Assembly (NCBI RefSeq): GCF_035084215.1
Contig: NC_090353.1
Coordinates: 17,732,001 to 17,796,000, forward strand
Length of the DNA stretch: 64,000 bases
Reading direction: 5' to 3'
From: Heptranchias perlo
Taxonomy: Eukaryota
Notes under the pieces: generated by a model
What the model saw: the letters and a program-made list of their open reading frames with translations, nothing else
Told to the model about the DNA's origin: nothing
Databases searched by the model: none
In this document: positions 47,801 to 59,800 of the stretch, in pieces
Numbering within the stretch: the stretch's first letter is position 1
How the letters are laid out: each line of letters opens with the position of its first letter
Translations under genes and position numbers: made by a program

Positions 47801-50800
47801 CCCTATCTACTGCCTCAGCTATTTGCACAATCTTTGCCTCCCTCATGTCTTTAACTTTTTAAAATTATATATCTCTTCCCATCGTCTTATGTAAATATCA
47901 TCACTGCCATCCTACGATCTCCTGATTTTCTTTTAAGCATTGTAATAAACTGGATAGCCAGATGGTGAAGGATTTTTATTTATTCGTTCATGGGATGTGG
48001 GCGTCGCTGGCAAGGCCAGCATTTATTGCCCATCCCTAATTGCCCTTGAGAAGGTGGTGGTGAGCCGCCTTCTTGAACCACTGCAGTCCGTGTGGTGAAG
48101 GTTCTCCCACAGTGCTTTTGGGGAGTTCCAGGATTTTGACCCAGCGACGATGAAGGAACGGCAATATATTTCCAAGTTGGGATGGTGTGTGACTTGGAGG
48201 GGAACGTGCAGGTGGTGTTGTTCCCATGTGCCCGCTGCCCTTGTCCTTCTAGGTGGTAGAGTTTGTGGGTTTGGGAAGTGCTGTCAAAGAAGCCTTGGCG
48301 AGTTGCTGCAATGCATCCTGTGGATGGTACACACTGCAGCCACTGTGCGCCGGTGGTGGAGGGAGTGAATGTTTAGGGTGGTGAATGGGATGCCAATCAA
48401 GCAGGCTGATTTGTCCTGGATGGTGTCTAGCTTCTTGAGTGTTGTTGGAGCTGCACTCATCCAGGCAAGTGGAGAGTATTCCATCACATTCCTGACTTGT
48501 GCCTTGTAGATGGTGGAAAGGCTTTGGGGAGTCAGGAGGTGAGTCACTCGCCGCAGAATACCCAGCCTCTGACCTGCTCTCGTAGCCACAGTATTTATAT
48601 GGCTGGTCCAGTTAAGTTTCTGGTCAATGGTGACCCCCAGGATGTTGATGGTGGGGGATTCGGCGATGGTAATGCCGTTGAATGTCAAGGGGAAGTGGTT
48701 AGATTCTCTCTTCTTGGAGATGGCCATTGCCTGGCACTTGTTTGGTGCGAATGTTACTTGCCATTTATCAGCCCAAGCCTGGATGTTGTCCAGGTCTTGC
48801 TGCATGTGGGCACGGACTGCTTCATTATCTGAGGGGTTGCGAATGGAACTGAACACTGTGCAATCATCAGCGAACATCCCCACTTCTGACCTTATGATGG
48901 AGGGAAGGTATTTGATGAAGCAGTTGAAGATGGTTGGGCGTAGGACACTGCCCTGAGGAACTCCTGCAGCAATGTCCTGGGGCTGAGATGATTGGCCTCC
49001 AACAACCACTACCATCTTCCTTTGTACTAGGTATGACTCCAGCCACTGGGGAGTTTTCCCCCTGATTCCCATTGACTTCAATTTTACTAGGGCTCCTTGG
49101 TGCCACACTCGGTCAAATGCTGCCTTGATGTCAAGGTCAGTTACTTTTACCTCACCTCTGGAATTCATCTCTTTTGTCCATGTTTGGACCAAGGCTGTAA
49201 TGAGGTCTGGAGCCGAGTGGTCCTGGCGGAACCCAAACTGAGCATCAGTGAGCAGGTGCCGCTTGATAGCACTGTCGACGACACGTTCCATCACTTTGCT
49301 GATGATTGAGAGTAGACTGATGGGGCGGTAATTGGCCGGATTGGATTTGTCCTGCTTTTTGTGGACAGGATATACCTGGGCAATTTTCCACATTGTCAGG
49401 TAGATGCCAGTGTTGTAGCTGTATTGGAACAGCTTGGCTAGAGGCGCGGCTAGTTCTGGAGCACAAGTCTTCAGCACTACAGCCGGGAGGTTGTCGGGGT
49501 CCAAAGCCTTTGTTGTGTCCAGTGCACTCAGCCATTTCTTGATATCATGTGGAGTGAATCGAATTGTCTGAAGACTGGCTTCAATGATGGTGGGGATATC
49601 GGGAGGAGGCAGAGATGGATCATCTACTCAGCACTTCTAGCTGAAAATGGTTGCAAATGCTTCAGACTTGTCTTTTGCACTCACGTGCTGGACTCTGCCA
49701 TCATTGAGGATGGGGATGTTTACAGAGCCTTCTCCTCCCATTAGTTGTTTAACTGTCCACTACCATTCACGTTGATTCCCTGGCTTGTTGGTAATGGTAG
49801 ATTGTGGAAAACACCGGGTAATGAGGTTACAGATTGTGCTGGAATACAATTCTGCTGTTGCTGATGGCCCACAGCGCCTCATGGATGCCCAGTTTTGAAT
49901 CTATCTCATTTAGCACAGTGGTAGTGCCACACGTTGGATGGTGTCCTCAGTGCGAAGACCGGACTTCGTCACTGCTACTAATACTGTCATGGATGCATCT
50001 GCGACGGGTAGATTGGTGAGGATGAGGTCAAGTAGGTTTTTCCCTCGTGTTGGTTCGCTCACCACCTGCCGCAGGCCCAGTCTGGCAGCTATGTCGTTCA
50101 GGACTCGGTCAGCTCGGTCAGTCGTGGTGCTACCGAGCCACTCTTGGTGATGGACCCAGAGTACATTCTGTGCCCTTGCTAACCTCAGTGCTTCCTCCAA
50201 GTGGTGCTCAACATGGAGGAGGACTGATTCATCAGTTGAGGGAGGGCGATAGGTGGTAATTAGTAGAAGGTTTCCTTGCCCATGTTTGACCTGATGCCAT
50301 GAGATTTCATGGGGTCCGGAGTCAATGTTGAGGACTCCCAGGGCCACTCCCTCCTGACTGTATGTCACTGTACTGCTACCTCTGGTGGGTCTGTCCTGCC
50401 AGTGGGACAGGACATACCCAGGGATGGTGATGGAGGAGTCTGGGATGTTGGCTGAAAGGTATGATTCTGTGAGTATGGCTATGTCAGGCTTTTGCTTGAC
50501 TAGTCTGTGGGACAGCTCTCCCAATTTTGGCACAAGTCCCCAGATGTTAGTGAGGAGGACTTTGCAGGGTCGACTGGGCTTGGTTTGCCTTTGTCGTGTC
50601 CGGTGCCTCGTGGTCTGGCCGGTTTTGTTCTTATTATGACTTTTTGTAGTGATTTTTTACAAATGAGTGGATTGCTAGGCCATTTCAGAGGACGATTAAG
50701 AATCAACCACATTGCTGTGGGTCTGGAGTCACATATAGGCCAGACCGGGTAAGGATGGCAGGTTTCCTTCCCTAAAGGACATTAGTGAACCAGATGGGTT

Positions 50801-53800
50801 TTTACGACAATCCGGTAGTTTCATGGCCACCATTACTGATACTAGTTTTTTTTTTATTCCTGAATTTTATTTAATTAATTGAATTTAAATTCACCAGCTG
50901 CCGTGGCGGGATTTTAACTCGTGTCTCTGGATTATTAGTCCGGGCCTCTGGATTACTAGTCCAATAACATAACCACTATGCTACCGTACCCTAGGATAGA
51001 ATACTAGATCCTAGTCTTTAGTTGCTTCCAAGCCTTTATTCACAGAGATCCACACACCAACACCACACCCGAGATAAGGATATATACATCATGAAAATGG
51101 ATACAAGAGAGTCCCCAATTGATACACACCACCTGAATACATTTATCACTAATTGATATAAATCATACAATTAACAAGCATGTTGCACATCATTGCTTCT
51201 TCTCCTGTGAATGTTCACTTCCTTTTTCCTTTTGTTCTGATCCAATATAAATGCTGTTCATTTTACCAGTGCTGATAAAAGGTTATTCTCAGAACATTGA
51301 CTTGTCTGTTCCCTACACAGATGCTGACTGACTTCTGTATTTCCAGCATTTTCTGTTTCTGTTTTAAATTTCCAACATTTTCGGTTTTTTGCTTTTTATT
51401 ACCTTGAAGATGTGTGGTTATTGTATATTGGTACACGTTTGCACTACCTGGCCTTGAAATTATGTAATGTGAATATTCATGTGCTAATTATTAGCCCATC
51501 ATGTGAGAGTCCTGATCTGCTAGTTTAGTGGAGGTTGTTTTAACCCACTTACGGGCAAAGGAATTTCATGCAATCAAGAATTTGTATAATAGTCACACTA
51601 TGTAATTATACACTAATAGTCACTCTAATTTATACTCTAATATTTGCACCATGTAATTTATACACTAATATTTGCACCATGTAATTATACTCTAATATCC
51701 ACACCATGGAATTTATATACCAATGTTCACACTGCATAATTTGTACACTTATATTTGGATCACTTTATTTTAAGACCAAAGATTACAAACACGCACATGT
51801 GTTTTCTCACAGTCTGAAATTTTACAATTCCTATATTAGTTTGTTAACCTTAAGTAAAAACCTGAGTTAATAAAAGTTACTGTTTTTAAAATTACTTGAA
51901 ACTGAGCAAAGATGTTATCTGTTTTAAAAAGCACATCCCAGGTATAAAACTAAGTGGCTCAGAGACTGATGGATCTTGAGTATATAGCAAAATTGTACTG
52001 CATCATGTTTGTATTAATCCCATGCCCATATGTGCAGTAAATTACTGTACAAACCTTTAGCTTTGTGACACTGAATGGATTCTATTTCATAGATGGGCCT
52101 GGGTCTTGCAAGACACTCTGGGAATCGCCTTTTGCCTTTATATGTTGAAAACAATCAGATTACCAACTTTTAAGGTACAGTGCCTTAAGTTGAGTTGCAT
52201 GAAAACTAACCAATTGTGATGTAATTACTTTAAAGAATGTTTTAAAACCCCACCATCATGCATCCTATCAGCTGATCCACATGGACTGTGTAACGTGCAG
52301 AATGGCTGACAGTGCATGATAGATGTTCTAACTCCTAGTTGAAGTTAGCCGTCACCTGAAAAATTGATTTTTTTTCCTCAGTTACTTCAGGAGCAATATC
52401 CACTGCAGGTACCCCTTCACCAGCTTCTCACCCTTTAATTCTCCTCCTCCCCCCCCCCCCCCCACCCCCCCACTTCTGTGTTGCATAAAAGTTGTAGAAC
52501 GTGAACTGTGAGCTGTTTCAGTACTGGGGTGGTGAGGCACTTCAACCGACACACTCTAAACATCCTGGGCTGAAGGACTGATCGATACAAGAAGGTTTCT
52601 CCCTGAAAGCAACCTTTTCTAGTCCTCCAGATCCGGAGAGTTTCAAGGGATGAAGCCGAACTATTTATCCGTACTGTGCCTCTTCTTATATTAAGTGAGC
52701 AAAGCTGATCTCACCTAGGGATAATTTCAGCTCCCAGTGAAACTAACTTGTACGTTTAATATGAGAAGAAGCAGAGGCCAAATGAAATGAGCTCATATTT
52801 GGACCAGGAGCCATGTGTTAGACACTCCTGCATTAGGCAGTGCAACGTGGTGGACCACCCTCCCCAACCAATAGTAAATGCTGCAGCTGATACTCTGGAT
52901 ATAAGAGTGCCGAGAGTCGGAATGGCTACCCTACTTCCTTATTAACGGGTCAGATTTTCAGAAATCCTTCTGAAACTTTTACATTTAAAGTATGATCAGG
53001 ATCTGGGAGCTCTGAACTTGACAGTTAAATTAGTGGTCTGTACCATATATGCAGCAATTTCCAATTAAACTGTTAGATGGCGCTAACTGCAAATTATAGG
53101 CGATTGCTGTCCTGTTAATAGTAAAGGCCAGGGTCCAAGACACGTGCGCCTAATGCGAGCGTTTATACTTCCATCCCAAGCGAGGCCCAACACCTTGGGA
53201 TGCTGTAGTTGGTATGCTCTGCTGGTGAGGGTGCACCTGTTTTAGAGCTCCAGACTGCCGCCGCACATACAAAGACAGGTATGGCAATGGTTGCATACCG
53301 GTGGTAATGCCCAAAGATTGAGAGGAAGCCTGTATTATGATCATTGTTACTGGCCCCATACAAGTAACAATGGCAGATCATCTATCAACCTTGGGGCTCC
53401 CTTGAGTGGAGGGCAGGCAGAGTTAGGTAATATTGGTAGCTTTGCTGTACTTTCCGATGTAATGCCACACTGGGAATTTTGTTGGTTGGGAGGATTAGAC
53501 TGGAGCTGACACAATGTAAATCCATTGCCTGCCCATCATGCTGGGAGATCTTGTTCTGCCATCGCAGTCAGAGCAGCACTGGGCTGTGTTGTCCTCATTC
53601 AATTATTTGAGCTGCATTTGTAATCTGAACAATATGACTGTAGTTTGACATTCAGACATGGTGGATGTAATACTCTCGTCAATTCGTCTGCTAGTTCCTG
53701 GCTTTAATTTAGTAAGTACAACGTTTTAAAGAGATCAGATAGTGAATGCATTTTATGATGTGTGAAATTTTTTTTAAAATTATGATCTAGACTTGAGTGT

Positions 53801-56800
53801 TCTGTGTATTAATGTAAATTATTTAGTGCCCAGTGCCTCTGATTTGTGCAACTAGATCGACCCTTAACATATCCGTTTTGTAAATGGGGCATAATCACTA
53901 AAGAATCATAGAATGTTCCAGCATAGAAGCAGGCCATTCAGCTTATCAAATCTGCACTGGTGTTTTCTCCACATGTGCCACAGACTCGAATCTCACTGAA
54001 CTGCTCACCCTACATACTCTTTAGTGTTTCTCTTTTTCAAAACAACTATTTAATTCCCTTTTAAAAGAATTTCTCGGACCCTGCTTCAGCAAAGGTTTCT
54101 GGCAGACAATTCCATGTGCCAATTACACCCTGTAAAGAATTTTTTTCTAACCTCCCCTTTAATTCTTTTTGTGACCATCTTAAATTTGTGCCCTCTCTTT
54201 ACCGTCTCGCTGTAAAGTGGAAATAATCTGTCACTATTTACCTTATCATAACCCTTACTAATCTTGAAGACCTCTATCAGGTCACTCCTTAACTTTCTCA
54301 GCTCAACTGAGAAAGAGACCTAACTTCTCCAGTCTCTTTTCATAACTATAACCCCTCATCCCCGGTAACATCCTAATGAATCTGCACTGCACCTTTTTCC
54401 ATTGCTGTTGTAGCCTTCCTATAATGGGGTGCCCATAACTGCACATACTCTTTTTATTTATAACGTGGTGTGTGCACCAGTTTCCACTGGATGGGTGTTG
54501 GTTTATTGTTAATGGTTTGGCATTTGGAAGCATGAGTTATAGATTACAATGCCCTTATTGCATACTTATGAAATGTTTTCATAACAATAGAAAACATTTT
54601 GCTTTCTGCTTTCTAAATAATGCTTGTGAGTTTACTCTTAAGTGGCGCCGACTATCTGAGAAATTGCTGGTAATAGGGTCTGACCATCTTAAAATCCAGC
54701 TTAGAGTAGCATATGTTACAGTTTGCTGTGCCGCTTACTAGCAATTTATGTGTGCGTTTTCTTGTAGTTAATCAGTAATTTGGTCATTTTCATTTTACAG
54801 TCAACAGTATCATCTAGATTAACCCTTTGTGAACTTCCCTGATGATGCAATTGGTAAAGTGACCCAAGAATAGTGAGGGGTGAAATCAGCCAGGGTTCCT
54901 GCTCCTGATCACTATCGAGTGACCCCTGCTGAAAAGTGCACTTGTGTGGATGTCGGGTGGATAGGATCAGGCTTGGCTGTGTTCCCTCTCACAGTCAAGT
55001 AGCTGCCAGCATACACATGAAGAATGACCACTTGGGCATGGGTGCCTGACATTCAGTGAACTGTACCTACCAGGGAGTCAGTGCTTAGGGAAGTGTTACC
55101 CAGCAGGGAGTCAGTGCTTGGGGAAGTTTTACCCAGCAGGGAGTCAGTGCTTGGGGAAGTTTTACCCAGCAGGGAGTCAGTGCTTGGGGAAGTGTTACCC
55201 AGCAGGGAGTCAGTGCTTGGGGAAGTTTTACCCAGCAGGGAGTCAGCGCTTGGGGAAGTTTTACCCAGCAGGGAGTCAGTGCTTGGGGAAGTTTTACCCA
55301 GCAGGGAGTCAGCACTTGGGGAAGTTTTACCCAGCAGGGAGTCAGCACTTGGGGAAGTTTTACCCAGCAGGGAGTCAGCGCTTGGGGAAGTTTTACCCAG
55401 CAGGGAGTCAGCGCTTGGGGAAGTTTTACCCAGCAGGGAGTCAGCGCTTGGGGAAGTTTTACCCAGCAGGGAGTCAGCGCTTGGGGAAGTTTTACCCAGC
55501 AGGGAGTCAGCGCTTGGTGAAGTTTTACCCAGCAGGGAGTCAGTGCTTGGGGAAGTGTTACCCAGCAGGGAGTCAGTGCTTGGGGAAGTGTTACCCAGCA
55601 GGGAGTCAGTGCTTGGGGAAGTGTTACCCAGCAGGGAGTCAGTGCTTGGGGAAGTGTTACCCAGCAGGGAGTCAGTGCTTGGGGAAGTTTTACCCAGCAG
55701 GGAGTCAGTGCTTGGGGAAGTGTTACCCAGCAGGGAGTCAGTGCTTGGGGAAGTTTTACCCAGCAGGGAGTCAGTGCTTGGGGAAGCGTTACCCAGCAGG
55801 GAGTCAGCGCTTGGGGAAGTGTTACCCAGCAGGGAGTCAGTGCTTGGGGAAGTGTTACCCAGCAGGGAGTCAGTGCTTGGGGAAGTGTTACCCAGCAGGG
55901 AGTCAGTGCTTGGGGAAGTGTTACCCAGCAGGGAGTCAGTGCTTGGGGAAGTGTTACCCAGCAGGGAGTCAGTGCTTGGGGAAGTGTTACCCAGCAGGGA
56001 GTCAGTGCTTGGGGAAGTGTTACCCAGCAGGGAGTCAGTGCTTGGGGAAGTGTTACCCAGCAGGGAGTCAGTGCTTGGGGAAGTTTTACCCAGCAGGGAG
56101 TCAGTGCTTGGGGAAGTTTTACCCAGCAGGGAGTCAGTGCTTGGGGAAGTTTTACCCAGCAGGGAGTCAGTGCTTGGGGAAGTGTTACCCAGCAGGGAGT
56201 CAGTGCTTGGGGAAGTGTTACCCAGCAGGGAGTCAGCGTGATCAGTTGAGGAAGGAGAAAACTTATATTTTTAAATCAACCTTGTACGATCCTCAGTCAC
56301 TTGTTTCACAAAAAAACTATCCATATTCCTTTGAATTTGCCAATAGTATCATGTTTCATACTGTTAGTTGGACTGATATTTAAAAAGTTTATTGATGATG
56401 AGAACTCTCTAAGCTTTTTATGTTAGTTGCAGTAGTAACCATTTCCCAGCCACAGATGGTGATTATATTTTACTTCAGTAGTATCCGTTTCCCAGACTCT
56501 AATAGTGTTTATATTTTAGTAACCACTCCCAGACTCTGATGATGATGATTATATTTTACTCCAATAGTAATCATTCCCAGACTCTAATGGTTTATATTTT
56601 ACTCCAGAAGTAGCCGTTCCCAGACTCTCATGGTGTTTACATTTACACCCGAAGTAACCGTTCCCAGACTCTCATGGTGTTTATATTTTACTCCAGTAGT
56701 AATTGTTCCCAGACTCTAATGTTTATAAATGTCTATTTATTCCAGGCTTGCACACTACTGCTGGTGGTTCTTTTCGTTTATGATATTTTCTTTGTCTTCA

Positions 56801-59800
56801 TTACTCCATTCCTCACTCAGGTAAGCTGAAAATTAACTTATTCCCTGTATAGTCCAGGATCTTTAATTAGCAAAAAAAGTGACCGTGCAAAGTTGTTGCT
56901 CTGTTTATTTTTGTTAGTTAAGATCTTTTCTCTGGTTCTGCACAGATCCGTATTTCAGCATTGTAAATAGGACGAATCAGTGTTAATGAACGGTATTCAG
57001 GAACCAGATGTTGGGGTCACCAACTTTCTTAAAAATGCAATGGAGCCAATCACATGGTGATTGAATGGTGCAGTGGATTAGACACTGGCCTCCTACAACT
57101 GCAGTCTGACATCAAATCCAGCCCAGACTTGATGGCTGTAAGGATTCGGTGTGATGATTTTAGGCAGTCTTGCCCAGTTACCAGTGGATGAGTGGGGCAG
57201 GGAGTTTTTAGTGACTATTCCATGTGATGTTTGTAGTAATCAGTCCTTTCTATTTGGCAGCCAAACCGTTTCTTCTTTTTCTGACAATTGCTTGGTACCT
57301 AAACCCTTTTAAAAATGTGGCTAACTCACAACTTCACATTAGTCACTTTTAATCAATCTGACTGAAGTATGAAGAAAAACAATTCAACAATGTGCAAACA
57401 TCTATTGCCCCAATCCTTTTAACTCATGGGATATGTTTGGCTCCTAACAGACAAGTGTTAAATGTATCCTGTACTTATAAAGAATTTGTTTTGCTCCAGA
57501 CTTAAGGAAAATAACTTCGAAAAATCTTGTATGAAAGAAGAAAGATGAAGTAGCTTAACAATATATAAATCATGAGCAGCGTAGTGCTGGGTGAGTGGGT
57601 GCCTGCACCTTGTTGGGAGTGGAGTGGAAAATATTAATGCCTCGTTCAAAGTGTTTTCTCTACCTAGTAGTTTTCCAAGAGTTCTAAAGAGCATTGAAAT
57701 AATTTTTGAAGTGAAGCCATGTTTCTAAACAGTGATGAGTTTCTGTGTGTTCCAGAGTGGGGAGAGTATCATGGTGGAAGTAGCTGCTGGTCCTTCAGAT
57801 TTCTCCACTCATGAAAAGGTATGGCTGAAAGAGACCATCGAATATTGCTTGTTTAAAATCTGCTTCGGTCTCTATGTGGCATTTCCATCAGCAAGTTGTG
57901 AAAATAGTTACATTTTTATTCATTTATTTTTTTCTGTTCCGCTCTCTCTTATTTTTGGTAGCAGATAACCTGCTCTGTTGGGCCTGCTTACCATTGACTG
58001 TGCCTGACCCCTCCTCCAAAAACGGTTACATTTTCCCTTTATCCCTTCCTGATTTGCGTCCACTGTTTTTCCTCCTTGTAAGTGCTTTGAGATATCTTGG
58101 GAATGCTATACAAATGTACGTTGTTGTGGCCCAGTGGGAATCTGTTGCAAATGGATTCACGCAGTTTGGATCCTCCTTCCACCTGCTTGATGCTTTTGCC
58201 ACTTGGCTCCTGTATTTTACTGCCACATTAATGCTGTCCCATTTATGTGTTGGGTGTGCAGAATCTTTATTCTGTGGCTCAAGTATTAAATACGTGCAGC
58301 ACTTCGATCTATCCAAAACTCTGTGTAGACTAAAGCCCAGAAATTCCACTCCTTTTTGAGGCAAAATTCTGGTGTAGTAGAGGACTTGAAGTGAAACCCA
58401 GCTCTACTGGGTTTCCACCACATTGATAAAGCCACAGCAGCTTCCGCTCAGGCACTTTTCCTGCCACATCCCAACTGCAGGCTACCCCGGGAATCCTGCC
58501 AGATACACCACTGATAGGCCCAGCAGTCCCTAAATCCATGGAGCAGATGTAGGTGCCGTTCTGGATTGTGTGTGGGGCTGCACCAAGCAGGAATTGAATG
58601 GTAAATGATCCCAGAGGGATAGATTTCCATCTGATTCTGGGCCTGCCAGCATAGGATTAGAAGATGAGGAAGAAAATTAATCTGTCACATTCGGCCATCC
58701 AGGCCTCTGGTTCTCCCTCTGAGCAGCAGTGTGCCACCCTGATTTTCCAATGCTATCGCTGGGTGGGCACCCCGTTACTCTGCTACAAGTTCGGGCACCC
58801 ATCTGTGATATAGTAATGACCCTATCACCGGGATTTGGGACGGGGTCATGGAGAGGCCGAAGCAGGCGACAGTTCCGCCCTGATGTACCTCTGGTGTCAC
58901 TGGAATTTCTACCCTTCGATCTTTAATTTGCCCCGCAGTTTTACCCCCTACCCTCCTCTTCTGACTCGTTGCTGGGTTTGGTTTCAAGGGTGCTGCCTAT
59001 CCTCTGGTTGCTCACCCAAATTGCCATTATTCACATCTAAGTCTAGAAGTGAGTGTTGGCAAGCTGTTCGATCACACAAGGTATCACAGGTGAGCTTAAT
59101 CCTGTTTTCATCCAATGTTCACGCACGTGCACTTCCATAAGGGGTCATTGTGTAGCGCCGGGGTCAGAAGTCGTGACCTGTTCCCCTCTGTAGCCCAGTG
59201 GCGCTGAGATCAACTGCTGCTCTGGCTAAGATCAGCTAACTGCACAAACCATGATCAAGCGTGAGACCTTCCTGGTCTGAAAGGCTCAGCTACTCACTGG
59301 ATAAACCTGTTCAGCCATTGGCGAGCCTGTGGGCTGAAAATATTTCACAATGAGTTTCTGTGTTCAGACTGAATAATCAAGGGTTGTTTCGAAAGACTTT
59401 ACAGTTCATTGGTTTTGAGTCTGTAAAATCTTGTGCTGAATATTTTGTACATGCCAACTAATTAGAATCTGTTTCTAAAAAGCATTTGCTCTGGAGCAGG
59501 TTCATCTCCATAAATTCATTGATGTTTTGTGGGAATGGATATTTTGCTAATCTCTGGGATGTTCACGTTTAGCAGGAGTCTTCTATAACAATTTAAATTC
59601 ACCCTAAATCTTTTTGCCCAAGTCAGGTGCTAATGCTGTATGTACAGTTACGTTGATCTTTTCAATACTGTAATAAAATGCAATAAATTGGGTACTTGAA
59701 AAATGGAATCAAATGTATTAGGCTGGGTACGTCCCAAACAGAATCAAAGCAGTTCAAATATTCCTTTCCGTTTTAGTGGAATGAAAACATTTGTATTCTT

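Larger units (their letters stand above)
47285..51400 (+). mobile_element. Degenerate Penelope-like element 3' part (GIY-YIG endonuclease remnant plus terminal repeat), interrupted by a solo LTR and a LINE
   Basis: VYCIHCSQCGLYTGETKCRLGVYFAKHL at about 47319-47402; terminal segment 51270-51400 with decayed hammerhead-like core. Confidence 0.65.

Noticed and set aside
50900-50991. Functional tRNA gene
   Set aside because: A/B boxes present but no proper cloverleaf, and it is contiguous with a retroelement
53070-53087. CTCF-like motifs (here and about 41343-41358)
   Set aside because: Partial motif matches only; cannot be supported without binding data
55081-56383. 386/421-aa ORFs of 11-aa repeats
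   Set aside because: Translation of a 33-bp intronic minisatellite
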